Positions 10,195 through 20,386 of a stretch of 64,000 nt of DNA are shown piece by piece. The stretch covers positions 50,843-114,842 of the forward strand of contig CAMHOW010000001.1 in NCBI GenBank assembly GCA_946186895.1, given 5' to 3'. This DNA is from an uncultured Fibrobacter sp. (GTDB lineage: Bacteria; Fibrobacterota; Fibrobacteria; Fibrobacterales; Fibrobacteraceae). The translations under genes were made by a program, and so were the position numbers. A model generated the notes under the pieces. The model was not told the DNA's origin and ran no database searches. It worked only from the letters and a program-made list of their open reading frames with translations. Numbering within the stretch: position 1 is the first letter of the stretch; every line of letters starts with the position of its first letter.

Positions 10195-12210
10195 ATGACA
10201 AAACAGGAAATGCTTGAAAAACTGAACGGTTCAGCAAATGATTTTTTTAACCTGCTGCACGACATGCGCGGCGCATCCCTACTAAACGAGAAACTCGTGT
10301 CGTTCCTAGAGGATTTGCAGTGTATTGGATCCTCATCGGTCAATGCGCAGAAGGTTCTGCACATGTTCATCTCATTAACCAACGATGGCAATACCTGCAT
10401 ATCCCTAAATCCAAAAACCTTGTTTGCCAAATGGAAAACCAAATGGGATGGACTTGTCAAGTTAGCTTCTCAGAATCAGGATTCCGATGAATCGTACTAC
10501 TTGGCAGCAGAAGATTTTAAGTCTGTAATTGACTTAGGCTGTGCCGAGCTGTTGGACAATGTCAAACCGCCACTCGTCATTGAAAATTTCAAGACAGACG
10601 GAAAGACCGAACCTTACCTGTTTACAGAAAAGTATCTGGATGCCAAAAAACTCATTGAACTTTGCTTCCGAAAAGAGCTTGAAAACGGCAAGACGAACGC
10701 ACAATGTGTATTTAACGGCGGAGTTAATTCGAGCAATCTTAGAAGTTGCAAAAAGGAAATAGAGTCCCTTATCGAAAAGGAGCTTCTTAAGGAAGGACCG
10801 AATAAGTTCGACCTAAAAGCGGATCAGGACAAGGCAATCGTCAAAGGTGAAAACCAAAACCTAATTGTTACGGGTGGCCCAGGCACCGGCAAGACTACAG
10901 TCGTATTTTTCCTGCTCTGGAACTTGTTAAACAAACATCCGGAAATGCTTGGGTGGGATATTCATTTTGCCGCTCCGAGTGGCAAGGCCGCCGACCGGCT
11001 GCGCGAAAGCATTGCTGAAAATTTCGATATGCTTACCGAGGATGCAAAAAATGATCCCGCAGTGGTTCGCCTTAAGAACGTCGACAGCTATTCAACGCTA
11101 CACCGTCTTCTGAGCTATAATCCGCAGACAAACGGTTTCCGCTTTAGCAAGAAGTCTCCGTTCCCCGAAAAGTCCATCTTCGTGATTGACGAAGCGAGCA
11201 TGATTGACCTTTCCCTTTTTGCGTCTTTTATGCAGGCGTTGCCGAAAAAGGACTTTAGGCTCTACATCCTTGGTGACAAGGACCAGTTGCCATCTGTTGA
11301 TGCGGGTGCCGTGCTAGGCGAAATTCTTGAACTTGATGCGGACAGTGTTGTAGAACTTACCGAATCAAACCGTTTTGACAAGAATTCTAAAATCGGTCGC
11401 CTTTCTCGATTCATTCAGAAAACTTTACCGGAAGAGAAACTTCTGTTCAAATTAGATTGGTTGCCGTGGAATGCAAAAATACAACTCTGGAAATCGGCGA
11501 ATCCCGATGAAATAAACTTGCTGCGTTTGGGCGACGGAGAAAAGACGTTGACATATGCTGAAGAAGAGGCTAAACTACAGGGGTTGATTGACGCCTGGGT
11601 TGAACAGTTCTATAAAGAAACCAATCCCGACTTACTCGAGTTGGCAAAAAAGATTCGGCCTGAACAGACAGCCGAAAACAAAAAAAACTGCGAAGCCTTG
11701 TGGAAAATAGTTGATGCTGCGCGCATTCTTTCTGCAGAACGGCGTGGCTTACGCGGTGTTGAAAACCTAAATAGGATGGTCGTTAAGGCACTTGGTAAAA
11801 AAGATAACGAACCCTTCGACGGCCAGTTGATGATTCTGACAAAGAACCAGTCTTATTTTGACCTTTACAACGGCGATTCCGGTGTCGTGGTGAATTGTGA
11901 TACACGTCCAATGCTTATGATCAAGCGAAAAGAGAATTTCGTGTTCTACCCGTTGTCAATGTTGCCGAGCGACGCCATTGAGACGGCGTTTGCGATAACC
12001 ATTCACAAATCGCAGGGATCGGGTTATCCGAACATTATGATGTTCCTGCCTATGCGTGAAGGACATCCGTTACTGAACCGCCAAATACTCTATACGGGTG
12101 TAACGCGCACTAAAAAGCAGAGCCTCACCATCATCGCGACCCCTGATACCTTCAAAGCTGCCTGCGAAACGGTTATCGAGCGCGACACGGGAATCGAGAT
12201 ACAGTCCTAG
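10195..12210 (+). CDS. recD: Exodeoxyribonuclease V alpha subunit
   Basis: TGGPGTGKTT, AAPSGKAA, STLHRLL, IDEASMID, GDKDQLPSV, AITIHKSQGS, LYTGVTR. Confidence 0.92.
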   Translation: MTKQEMLEKLNGSANDFFNLLHDMRGASLLNEKLVSFLEDLQCIGSSSVNAQKVLHMFISLTNDGNTCISLNPKTLFAKWKTKWDGLVKLASQNQDSDESYYLAAEDFKSVIDLGCAELLDNVKPPLVIENFKTDGKTEPYLFTEKYLDAKKLIELCFRKELENGKTNAQCVFNGGVNSSNLRSCKKEIESLIEKELLKEGPNKFDLKADQDKAIVKGENQNLIVTGGPGTGKTTVVFFLLWNLLNKHPEMLGWDIHFAAPSGKAADRLRESIAENFDMLTEDAKNDPAVVRLKNVDSYSTLHRLLSYNPQTNGFRFSKKSPFPEKSIFVIDEASMIDLSLFASFMQALPKKDFRLYILGDKDQLPSVDAGAVLGEILELDADSVVELTESNRFDKNSKIGRLSRFIQKTLPEEKLLFKLDWLPWNAKIQLWKSANPDEINLLRLGDGEKTLTYAEEEAKLQGLIDAWVEQFYKETNPDLLELAKKIRPEQTAENKKNCEALWKIVDAARILSAERRGLRGVENLNRMVVKALGKKDNEPFDGQLMILTKNQSYFDLYNGDSGVVVNCDTRPMLMIKRKENFVFYPLSMLPSDAIETAFAITIHKSQGSGYPNIMMFLPMREGHPLLNRQILYTGVTRTKKQSLTIIATPDTFKAACETVIERDTGIEIQS

Positions 12211-13862
12211 GCGTTTACATACTTATCTAGGAATTCCTTCACAGGAATCGGCTTGGAGTAGTAATACCCCTGCAGACTCTTTATCTTGAACCTGAGCAAG
12301 AAATTGCGCATTTCAGAGGTTTCTACCCCTTCTGCCGTCACAGACGAAGAGAAGGAATTGGCTAGTTCCGAAATGAACCGAACCGTATTCTGGTCCGAGA
12401 AGTCCTTCTCGATATTCATGACGAAACTACGGTCAATCTTTACCGTCGATACCGGCAGTTCTCGCAACAGGCCCAAAGAGCTGAAGCCCGTTCCGAAATC
12501 ATCCAGGGCGATCTTGATGCCGTGTTCCCGAAGGGCCGTAAAGATATCCTTCAGGAGTGCCATATCCAGCATACGGCAGCGCTCCGTAATTTCCAGACAC
12601 AGGTTCTGCGGCGGATAATTCGTCTCCTTAAGAATTGCAAGAACATCTTCCACAAAATCTTTCTTTTCTAGCTGGGTGTAGGACAGGTTCACATTCACCA
12701 CAAATCCCGGGTAGCGCCCCAGGAACTTCTTGGCATCGGTCAAGGCAGTCCGCAAAATCCACTTGCCCAATTCTGGGAAAAGAATGTCCCGTTCCAGCAC
12801 ATCTACGAACTCAATCGGAGGAACAATGCCATATTCCGAATTTTTCCAACGAAGCAGAGATTCCGCTCCGGTAATCATTTCGGTATCCGCATCTACAATA
12901 GGCTGGTAGCACAGGAAAAAGCCTTCGCATTCGTTCACGATGCTATTGCGGATGACATTGATACGTTCGATGGCGAACCGCTTATCTTCGCTGACACTGT
13001 TCTTGAGAACGTAAAGTTCGCCCATGTGGTTGGTCTTGGATTCGTAATAGGCAAAACGAAGGCAAGAATACACCGTCTCGGCAGACACATCGAACTTGTC
13101 CAAGTTGATAGCCCCCGCCACAAAGGATAGCACAACTTGATGGCCATCTACGAAGAAATCATGGATGCAATTGTACTGTATCCGCTTGTACAGATTCTTG
13201 AGGTCTTCCGAAGTGGCATCCTTGCACACGATGGCGAACTTGGTGCCGTCCATACGGTACCATTCCCCCATTTCGCAGGCTTCCACCTTAATCATCTTGG
13301 AAAATTCCTGCAACACACGATTGCCAAAAGTGTAACCGTAAATTTCGTTCAGGTGCGAAAAGTCGGCTATGCCCAGCATCATCACCTGGAGTTTTTCCCC
13401 TTTCCAGGTAGAAGAGCGAAGGTCATCCATAAAACCATAAAGGCTCCTGGTATTGGTAACATCGTCAAAATAGCTCAGGGCATCATTGTTTCTGACAATT
13501 CCACCAAAGAATGATGGTTTCCCTTGCTCATCGCACAACACTACGCCTCGACAGGTGCACACCACATACTTGCCGCCCTTATTCTTGATACGGTACTGTT
13601 CATTGTGATAATTTCCAGCATCTTCAAAAAGGTTCCTAGCTCTTTCTTTGAATCCAGGCAAGTCTTCAGGGTGAATTTTTTTCATCCAGTATGTCAGGGC
13701 ATCCTGCATATACTCATCAGGCAGGTCAAAGTAATCCACCGCCTCCTTGGACCATCGTGTCCAATTTGATTCGATATGGGTAACATAGGTATACGCTCCA
13801 TTCGCCAAAATGGATAGCGCATGGTAGAGAGAATCTATTCTTACTTTTATTCCTTCATCCAT
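12207..13862 (-). CDS. PAS - degenerate GGDEF - EAL c-di-GMP phosphodiesterase
   Basis: PAS_3-like IHPED..YRIKNK; GGDEF position reads RMDGTKF; EAL domain YQPIV..GAESLLRW, LEITE, DDFGTGFSS, AEGVET, QGYYYSKP. Confidence 0.88.
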   Translation of the reverse strand: MDEGIKVRIDSLYHALSILANGAYTYVTHIESNWTRWSKEAVDYFDLPDEYMQDALTYWMKKIHPEDLPGFKERARNLFEDAGNYHNEQYRIKNKGGKYVVCTCRGVVLCDEQGKPSFFGGIVRNNDALSYFDDVTNTRSLYGFMDDLRSSTWKGEKLQVMMLGIADFSHLNEIYGYTFGNRVLQEFSKMIKVEACEMGEWYRMDGTKFAIVCKDATSEDLKNLYKRIQYNCIHDFFVDGHQVVLSFVAGAINLDKFDVSAETVYSCLRFAYYESKTNHMGELYVLKNSVSEDKRFAIERINVIRNSIVNECEGFFLCYQPIVDADTEMITGAESLLRWKNSEYGIVPPIEFVDVLERDILFPELGKWILRTALTDAKKFLGRYPGFVVNVNLSYTQLEKKDFVEDVLAILKETNYPPQNLCLEITERCRMLDMALLKDIFTALREHGIKIALDDFGTGFSSLGLLRELPVSTVKIDRSFVMNIEKDFSDQNTVRFISELANSFSSSVTAEGVETSEMRNFLLRFKIKSLQGYYYSKPIPVKEFLDKYVNA

Positions 13863-13873
13863 CTCTCATCTCC

Positions 13874-15703
13874 TTATGCCTGAAACACCTGATCACGTCC
13901 GTTTTCCTTGGCCTTGTACAGGGCCTGGTCTACACGGACATACGCCGAATCGGCAGATTCACCCTTCTGGATTTCTATGACACCGATACTCACACTACGG
14001 CGCCCCGCCTTTTCAAATTCTATCGCGCTAAAAGCCTTTCGAACCTGCTCCGCAAAATCAAGGGCCTTCTCAAGAGGTACTTCTTGCAACAGCGCCATAA
14101 ATTCTTCACCACCCCAACGACCAACAGGCGTTTTTATATCGTCAAGAAGCGATTTCTTTTCTTCTTTAGAGCTTTCTGCGTCACTTACAATATCGTAGGA
14201 TATGGAATCTAATCCCAAAATTCCCATTTCATGGACCATTTTTTTCAAAACGCCCGAAAGGCCAACAATAACGTTATCCCCTTCCTTGTGACCATAGGTA
14301 TCGTTTATCTGCTTGAAGTTGTCGATATCCAGCATCACCAGGCACGCAGGGATTTCCTTTGAAATACACTCACTGATGCGGCGCTGTATTTCACCCCGAT
14401 TGAACAATTTCGAAAGGGAATCCGAGATGGCCATTAAGGAAAGCCTCGCATTGGCCTCGGCCAGTTCCTGAGTAGCCGCATCAATGAAAGTAGCAAGGCG
14501 ATTGACCATGGAAACCTGGCCCGTGAAAGAATCCAGAGCCATGTCAAATCGACAATGCTCATCACCCACCCCTTCGCGCATAGCCGCAATCACAAGGGTC
14601 ACGTTATGCTGGTTTACAAAGCCGTTTGTCCGCAAGAACTCACCCGAAGTATAGAACCCCGATGTAGGTGCAATACTCTGGAAAGGCAAAGTCTCATTAC
14701 TGATTTCTTCCTTTCCCCAGAAGGTTCGCCGGGCAGCACAAGAGAAGATCTTTATTATATCGGGCTTGAATTCGCCTATTTTCTGCCCTTCTTTCCGCAC
14801 ACTGTCAAGAATGGTCCATGGGTCCCCATAGGCAAGGCGAGCCTTCACATTCTCGTCCACATCCGATGTCATCACTAGGGTCCCATCTTCGTTGCAGTGG
14901 ATAGGAGCCCGAAGGATGCTAATCCCATTGTGCTTGTAGAAGAACGGGAACTCCAGGGTATTGGAGAAAAAATGTTCGTCTTTCAGGATATTCAGGTAGC
15001 GGTAATAGGCGTCGTAAGCGGGTTTACCGTCCAGTTCGAACAGCAGGGCATTTTCCGCCTTGGTCACTAGGAATTCCCGGCCAAGGGGTTTCCAGCCCGT
15101 AACATGGGTTGTGCTGATATGAAAATCTTCGCCACCCACCAAAAGCACCAGGATACCCCGCTCCGAATACCCAGCCACATTCGAGAAAACGCAGGCGTCA
15201 TTGCGAGACAAATCCGGGTTAAAGGCACCGCCACCAAAAATGGCAATGGATTGATCTATTTCATATAACGCATTGCAAAGGGGTGTCAAAGACATACCGC
15301 GGATAGTCAGTTGCAGTTCCACGGCTTTGACCCAAGGATTCTCCTTTACTTCCCGCTTGATATTTTCCACCACATCAAGGGCGGAATCTGCATTCAACGG
15401 GTACTGTAGCAGCTTAACCTTCGTGGAGGGCATCTCGGTAATCGTGCAGACAATGGAAATGGATGCTCCGGAAAGCCTACCCTCTACGATATTTCCGTTG
15501 GTGGAACAGCCCATACATATGGCATTAGGAACCGTCTTAGAAATAATCTTGCAGACCAGCTCGATTTGCCCTCGGTCCAGGGAATCCGAATATATCTGGA
15601 ATACCACATTGGAGCACTTCTTTGACTTACACCAAAGATGAACCTTTTCAAGGTCCCTTTTCAACGAGGTGATACTATGGTAATCGAACTGGAACTGCTT
15701 CAT
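13874..15703 (-). CDS. FIST-N/FIST-C sensor diguanylate cyclase
   Basis: FIST motifs GCSTNG, GWKPLG, ELDGKPA, FSCAAR, GFYTSGE, HNVTLV; cyclase DIDNFKQINDTYGH..GD, RWGGEEF. Confidence 0.88.
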   Translation of the reverse strand: MKQFQFDYHSITSLKRDLEKVHLWCKSKKCSNVVFQIYSDSLDRGQIELVCKIISKTVPNAICMGCSTNGNIVEGRLSGASISIVCTITEMPSTKVKLLQYPLNADSALDVVENIKREVKENPWVKAVELQLTIRGMSLTPLCNALYEIDQSIAIFGGGAFNPDLSRNDACVFSNVAGYSERGILVLLVGGEDFHISTTHVTGWKPLGREFLVTKAENALLFELDGKPAYDAYYRYLNILKDEHFFSNTLEFPFFYKHNGISILRAPIHCNEDGTLVMTSDVDENVKARLAYGDPWTILDSVRKEGQKIGEFKPDIIKIFSCAARRTFWGKEEISNETLPFQSIAPTSGFYTSGEFLRTNGFVNQHNVTLVIAAMREGVGDEHCRFDMALDSFTGQVSMVNRLATFIDAATQELAEANARLSLMAISDSLSKLFNRGEIQRRISECISKEIPACLVMLDIDNFKQINDTYGHKEGDNVIVGLSGVLKKMVHEMGILGLDSISYDIVSDAESSKEEKKSLLDDIKTPVGRWGGEEFMALLQEVPLEKALDFAEQVRKAFSAIEFEKAGRRSVSIGVIEIQKGESADSAYVRVDQALYKAKENGRDQVFQA

Positions 15704-15882
15704 ACACTTGACATTAAAGGGCTACAATATATAGAAGATACCTTCAAAATCATTGGTTTACACACAAAAAAATGCCACCTCTACTCCAACTTGGAATATT
15801 TGGCAAAAAGTGAATCTCTTTTCGGGGGCGATTTTTCGTTTTTTTCCAGCAATTTAGGGCAAAATCTTCATATATTGAGGAT

Positions 15883-17463
15883 ATGAGCAAGATTTTTAAG
15901 TTTTTGATGGCTATACTGCTGTTTGCAGCCTTTGCCACAGCCGAAACCACTACGGTTGCCCCCGTGGAGACAACCGCAGTCGCAACCGTGGCTGATTCCC
16001 TTGATTCCGCCGCAACAACCAACATCCAGGAGCTGAAAAAGAAGCACGCCGTATGGATCAAGTTGGAAGGTGACGTGGAGCCCTCCATGTACGACTTTTG
16101 CGCCCGGGCCATCGACGACGCCCTCAAGGAAAAGCCCGACTACATCGTTTTTGAGATCAACACCTTCGGGGGCCGCCTAGACGCCGCCTTCGACCTGGTA
16201 GACACCATCATGGCAGTCAAGGGTCCCGAAACCATCGCCCTCGTAAAGAAAAAAGCCATCAGCGCAGGCTCCCTCATCGCCCTCGCCTGTAAAAAACTCT
16301 ATATGCTAGAAGCCACCACCATCGGGGACTGCGCCCCCATTGTACAAGGTGGCGACGGCACCCCGCAAATCGTTGGCGAAAAGATCCAGTCGCCCCTCCG
16401 GGCCAAATTCAGGAACCTGGCCCAACGTAACGGCTACCCCGAACTGCTCAGTTCCGCCTTTGTGACGCCGGAGCTTGAAGTTCTAGAACTCACCGCCAAG
16501 CTAGACAAGGGCAAAAAATCAGAGCGGGACACCACCCTCATTATCGAAAGCAAGAAATTCGCCGTGCTGGACAGCACCGAAAAGGCCTTCTGGGGCGCTC
16601 CCAAGATTCTCGTAAAAGAGGGTGAACTTTTGACCATGACCGACAAGGAAGCGGAAGAACTAGGGTTCTCCAAGGGCACCTTCAAGGACCGTAGCGAATT
16701 CGAGACAACCCTTGCCATCGAAAGCCGTAGCGAAGTGGAGACCACCCTGGGCGAAGACATCGCCTCGGCCATTGCCGCTATTTCGGGTATTCTGCTAATC
16801 CTTGGCTTCGGAGCCCTCTATATCGAATTCAAAACCCCAGGATTTGGGTTGTTCGGTGTTATCGGCCTGATTCTCATCGGCATCGTTTTCCTCGGGCAGT
16901 TCGCCCCCCAACTGGACGGCTATATCCCGGCCATCCTGCTCGTGGCCGGCGTAGTGCTGTTCCTGGTAGAAATTTTCGTGATGCCCGGAACATTCCTGTT
17001 CGGCATCGGGGGCATCATCTGCATGATCCTCGCGCTAGCCCTAAGTTTCTCGCCAGAGGAGATTCCCGAATACATTCCCGAGACCGTAGAGACCACTTTT
17101 GACGCGACACCCTGGCTATTCGGACTGTTCTACATGCTCGCCTGTGCGGCCATAGCGCTTGTGTTCCCCATTGCCGCAAGCAAGTACCTGATTCCGTTAC
17201 TGCCCGAAGGCTGGACCCCCATGCTCAAGACAGACCTAGAAACGGCAGCCTCCCCCACAGAGGCCGTACAGGAAATTGCAGTCGGAGCCACAGGCGTTGC
17301 AAAGACTTTCCTCCGCCCCGTGGGTCAGGCCAGCTTTACCATGCCCGATGGCAGTACCAAACTATTTGATGTACAGACCCATGGCGAAATCATAGAGGCC
17401 GGCACCTCCATAAAGGTGGAATCCGTCCAAGAAGGCCACATCTGGGTCGTAAGTGATTTATAA
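15883..17463 (+). CDS. nfeD: NfeD-family membrane-bound ClpP-class serine protease (YqeZ-like)
   Basis: Signal peptide; [36 protein letters not shown]; C-terminal OB-like LRPVG. Confidence 0.88.
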   Translation: MSKIFKFLMAILLFAAFATAETTTVAPVETTAVATVADSLDSAATTNIQELKKKHAVWIKLEGDVEPSMYDFCARAIDDALKEKPDYIVFEINTFGGRLDAAFDLVDTIMAVKGPETIALVKKKAISAGSLIALACKKLYMLEATTIGDCAPIVQGGDGTPQIVGEKIQSPLRAKFRNLAQRNGYPELLSSAFVTPELEVLELTAKLDKGKKSERDTTLIIESKKFAVLDSTEKAFWGAPKILVKEGELLTMTDKEAEELGFSKGTFKDRSEFETTLAIESRSEVETTLGEDIASAIAAISGILLILGFGALYIEFKTPGFGLFGVIGLILIGIVFLGQFAPQLDGYIPAILLVAGVVLFLVEIFVMPGTFLFGIGGIICMILALALSFSPEEIPEYIPETVETTFDATPWLFGLFYMLACAAIALVFPIAASKYLIPLLPEGWTPMLKTDLETAASPTEAVQEIAVGATGVAKTFLRPVGQASFTMPDGSTKLFDVQTHGEIIEAGTSIKVESVQEGHIWVVSDL

Positions 17464-17483
17464 AAAACAACCGGAGAAAAACA

Positions 17484-18455
17484 ATGGACACTCTCTTAAT
17501 TATCGGAATTATCATCGCGGCAATTGCCGTCATCGTTCTACTCGCCTTTATCGGCAAGTTCTTCAGCCTCTGGCTCCAGGCCTTGTTCTCCAGGGCAAAC
17601 GTGAGCATTTTCCAACTCATCGGTATGCGCCTGCGGAAGGTGCCGCCCCAGGTCATCGTGGAAGCCCGAATTCTCAGCTGCAAGGCAGGCCTCCCCGTAG
17701 ACACCAACCTGCTGGAAGCCCATTACCTTAGCCGCGGTAACGTACTCCGCGTGATCCAGGCCCTTATTGCCGCCAACAAGGCAAACATCAAGCTTGACTT
17801 CAAGGAAGCAGCCGCCATCGACCTGGCTGGCCGTAACGTGCTCGAGGCCGTGCAAATGTCCGTGAACCCGAAGGTCATCACCACCCCGAAGGTTTCCGCT
17901 GTGGCTCTTGACGGTATCCAGCTCCACGCCATCACCCGTATTACGGTGCGCGCCAGCATCCAGAAGCTTGTCGGTGGCGCCGGCGAAGAGACTGTTATCG
18001 CCCGCGTTGGCGAAGGCATCGTGTCTTCCATCGGTTCTGCAGTAAGCCACAAGGAAGTTCTCGAAAACCCGAACATGATTTCCAAGAAGGTGCTGGCCTC
18101 CGGCCTCGACGCCGGTACCGCCTTCGAGATCCTTTCCATCGACATTGCCGACGTAGACGTGGGCCAGAACATCGGCGCTATCTTGGAAACCGACCGTGCC
18201 GAAGCCGACAAGAAGATTGCTCAGGCCAAGGCCGAAGAGCGCCGCGCCATGGCATTCGCCGCCGAGCAAGAAATGAAGGCCAAGGTCATGGAAATGAAGG
18301 CGAAGCTCGTGGAAGCCGAAGCCCAGATTCCTATGGCCATGGCATCCGCTCTCCGCGACGGAAAGCTCGGCGTGATGGACTACTACAACCTGAAGAACAT
18401 CGAAGCCGACACGCAGATGAGGAAGGAAATCGGATCCGCCCCTGAAGCGAAGTAA
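17484..18455 (+). CDS. floA: Flotillin-like protein FloA (UPF0365/YqfA)
   Basis: [59 protein letters not shown]. Confidence 0.93.
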   Translation: MDTLLIIGIIIAAIAVIVLLAFIGKFFSLWLQALFSRANVSIFQLIGMRLRKVPPQVIVEARILSCKAGLPVDTNLLEAHYLSRGNVLRVIQALIAANKANIKLDFKEAAAIDLAGRNVLEAVQMSVNPKVITTPKVSAVALDGIQLHAITRITVRASIQKLVGGAGEETVIARVGEGIVSSIGSAVSHKEVLENPNMISKKVLASGLDAGTAFEILSIDIADVDVGQNIGAILETDRAEADKKIAQAKAEERRAMAFAAEQEMKAKVMEMKAKLVEAEAQIPMAMASALRDGKLGVMDYYNLKNIEADTQMRKEIGSAPEAK

Positions 18456-18458
18456 AGC

Positions 18459-19235
18459 ATGGAAGGCCTACTCATTCTCATAGGCATCTGGGTTCTAGAT
18501 GTCGTCATCAAGAAGGTTGCAGCGAACCGGAAAAAGCAGCAACAGCAGCCACCGCTGTACCAACCGGAAGATGACGACTCGGACGACGGATACGAACCGC
18601 AAGACGAATCGCAGGAGCAGCGTCCCTCGCGTTCTCTCCAGGATTTGATCCGTCAGTTCGAAGATGCTCAGAGACAAGCCGCCCAAGGGAACATCGAACC
18701 GCCCACACCCCCTATAGAGAGACGCCGAAACTCTAGCGATCCATTGACGCTTAGGGATATTGCCGAAGTGGTCATCGGGGTGGATTTCATTGACCTGGAA
18801 TTTCTTATGGAAGAATTCGAGGTCGACGAGAATACGGCCGCCGAAATGCTGATGGCATTGCAAGCCCACCGCATCGTAGGCCATGACATGGGCGAAGGTA
18901 CCTGCGACGTTCTAGTCCACGACATGGACGAATTGGACAACCTGCTCAGTCGAGAAAGACGAACCGAACAGTCGGACTCTTCCGAAAAGGAAGACTTGCA
19001 GCGTCAGGAACTGGAACGCCAGCGGAAACTGAATGAGCTGGAGGAACGAGCCAAGTCCGCCCGTAAAGCCGCAGCTGCAAGCAGCACCGTGACCGCCAAT
19101 GCCGAAGAGGTTACACCCCGTCGTGCCCCGCTCGTCTCTACTAGAAGCATAGCCGATGTGCGCAAGGGATTCATCTGGGCGAAAGTCCTGGACGAGCCTC
19201 GCTTCAAGCGTCGTTGGAGTGCACTTCACAGATAG
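18459..19235 (+). CDS. Membrane-anchored hypothetical protein in the YqfB position, with an FtsK-gamma-like central domain
   Basis: N-terminal TM, acidic/Gln-rich linker, winged-helix-like segment, coiled coil, C-terminal DVRKGFIWAKVLDEP. Confidence 0.7.
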   Translation: MEGLLILIGIWVLDVVIKKVAANRKKQQQQPPLYQPEDDDSDDGYEPQDESQEQRPSRSLQDLIRQFEDAQRQAAQGNIEPPTPPIERRRNSSDPLTLRDIAEVVIGVDFIDLEFLMEEFEVDENTAAEMLMALQAHRIVGHDMGEGTCDVLVHDMDELDNLLSRERRTEQSDSSEKEDLQRQELERQRKLNELEERAKSARKAAAASSTVTANAEEVTPRRAPLVSTRSIADVRKGFIWAKVLDEPRFKRRWSALHR

Positions 19236-19251
19236 GAAAAAACTTCAACAT

Positions 19252-19278
19252 AAAAGCCTCGCCGCGGCGAGGCTTTTT
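19252..19278. terminator. Bidirectional intrinsic terminator
   Basis: AAAAGCCTCGCC-GC-GGCGAGGCTTTTT between convergent genes. Confidence 0.85.
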
Positions 19279-19281
19279 CGT

Positions 19282-20289
19282 TTACTTCAGGTTCGCAACG
19301 CAGCGAACGTAAAGTCCTTTTCGCACGCTCTCGTCGGTGCGATTGATGCTCCGGGCTTCGCGCCTGAATTCCCAAGAGCGACCCGTGTTGCGCTTGATGG
19401 ACGTAGAAGACCAATAGTGACCCGTATTGGATCCATCACAATATTGGTCCCAATCCTTGCAGCCACCAACCCCAAGTTCGTTCCAGTTCCATTGGGAACG
19501 CTCTTTCTGGAAATCCCGCCACTCCCCGTCATCCGGCAAGTGCCAGCCCTTAGGGCAGGCCTTCTTGGCCTCGCCGTGAGTGTAGAAACGGCCATATTTT
19601 TTGCAGAGTTCCATATCCTCCAGCAAGCATTGATCCGGCCCTGTCAAACCGTATTTCAGATTGGAGGCCATCCAAATTTTATCCCCAATGACCTTTACCT
19701 TGTACTGTCTCTCGTCGCGATCGTCCGTCATGAGCATGTCGCTATTGGAGATGTTCTTCTCGGCAAGCAGGTCTCGTTCTGTCACGCAACGCACAGCCAC
19801 CACAGATTCCTTGGGCAGATTTACCTTCTGAAAAGACCCGCGCTTCAAGTCGAGCATCAGGGCCTGCACACCCTTTACCCCGTCTCCGGCTATGGCAAAA
19901 TAGGCGGCATCCTTCCCCTGGACCTTGGGATTTTTCTGGGACATGTCATAATAGCCACGGGTGTTTCCGGCAAAAGCCTTGGCATTCTGCTTTTTGCGAG
20001 GACCCATAAACTTGTCTTCTGCAAGGGCATTCCATTCCCCTATGTCAGGGAGATGAGTCCCTGCAGGACATAGCTTAGAGAAGGATTCCTTCTTGTAGAA
20101 GCTGACCTTCGCCCGGTCCTTGTAATCGGGCTTGCCATCTAGGGAAACATTGCTCGTAAACCAATTGAGCTTGCCGGAGGGCATCATCTTGTAAGTTCGC
20201 CCGTCACGGCTATCCTTGACAGAAGCGGCCGAGACCAACCCCAAGGATACAGCGACAATCACGGCCATTCGGCCAAAAACTTTAAACAT
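19282..20289 (-). CDS. Secreted protein with two FISUMP (Fib_succ_major)-type domains
   Basis: Signal peptide; DSRDGRTYK...CPAGTHLP...VRCV, then DDRDERQYK..IG..WMASNL..YGRFYT..CPKGWHLP..YWSST..VRCV. Confidence 0.85.
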   Translation of the reverse strand: MFKVFGRMAVIVAVSLGLVSAASVKDSRDGRTYKMMPSGKLNWFTSNVSLDGKPDYKDRAKVSFYKKESFSKLCPAGTHLPDIGEWNALAEDKFMGPRKKQNAKAFAGNTRGYYDMSQKNPKVQGKDAAYFAIAGDGVKGVQALMLDLKRGSFQKVNLPKESVVAVRCVTERDLLAEKNISNSDMLMTDDRDERQYKVKVIGDKIWMASNLKYGLTGPDQCLLEDMELCKKYGRFYTHGEAKKACPKGWHLPDDGEWRDFQKERSQWNWNELGVGGCKDWDQYCDGSNTGHYWSSTSIKRNTGRSWEFRREARSINRTDESVRKGLYVRCVANLK

Positions 20290-20386
20290 CCAAACCTCAA
20301 TTCCCGACGTTCAATCGATTAATCTAAATATATATCCGCGTAATAAAAAACGCTACAGAAATAAACTAAAAAACAGAATTAACCGG

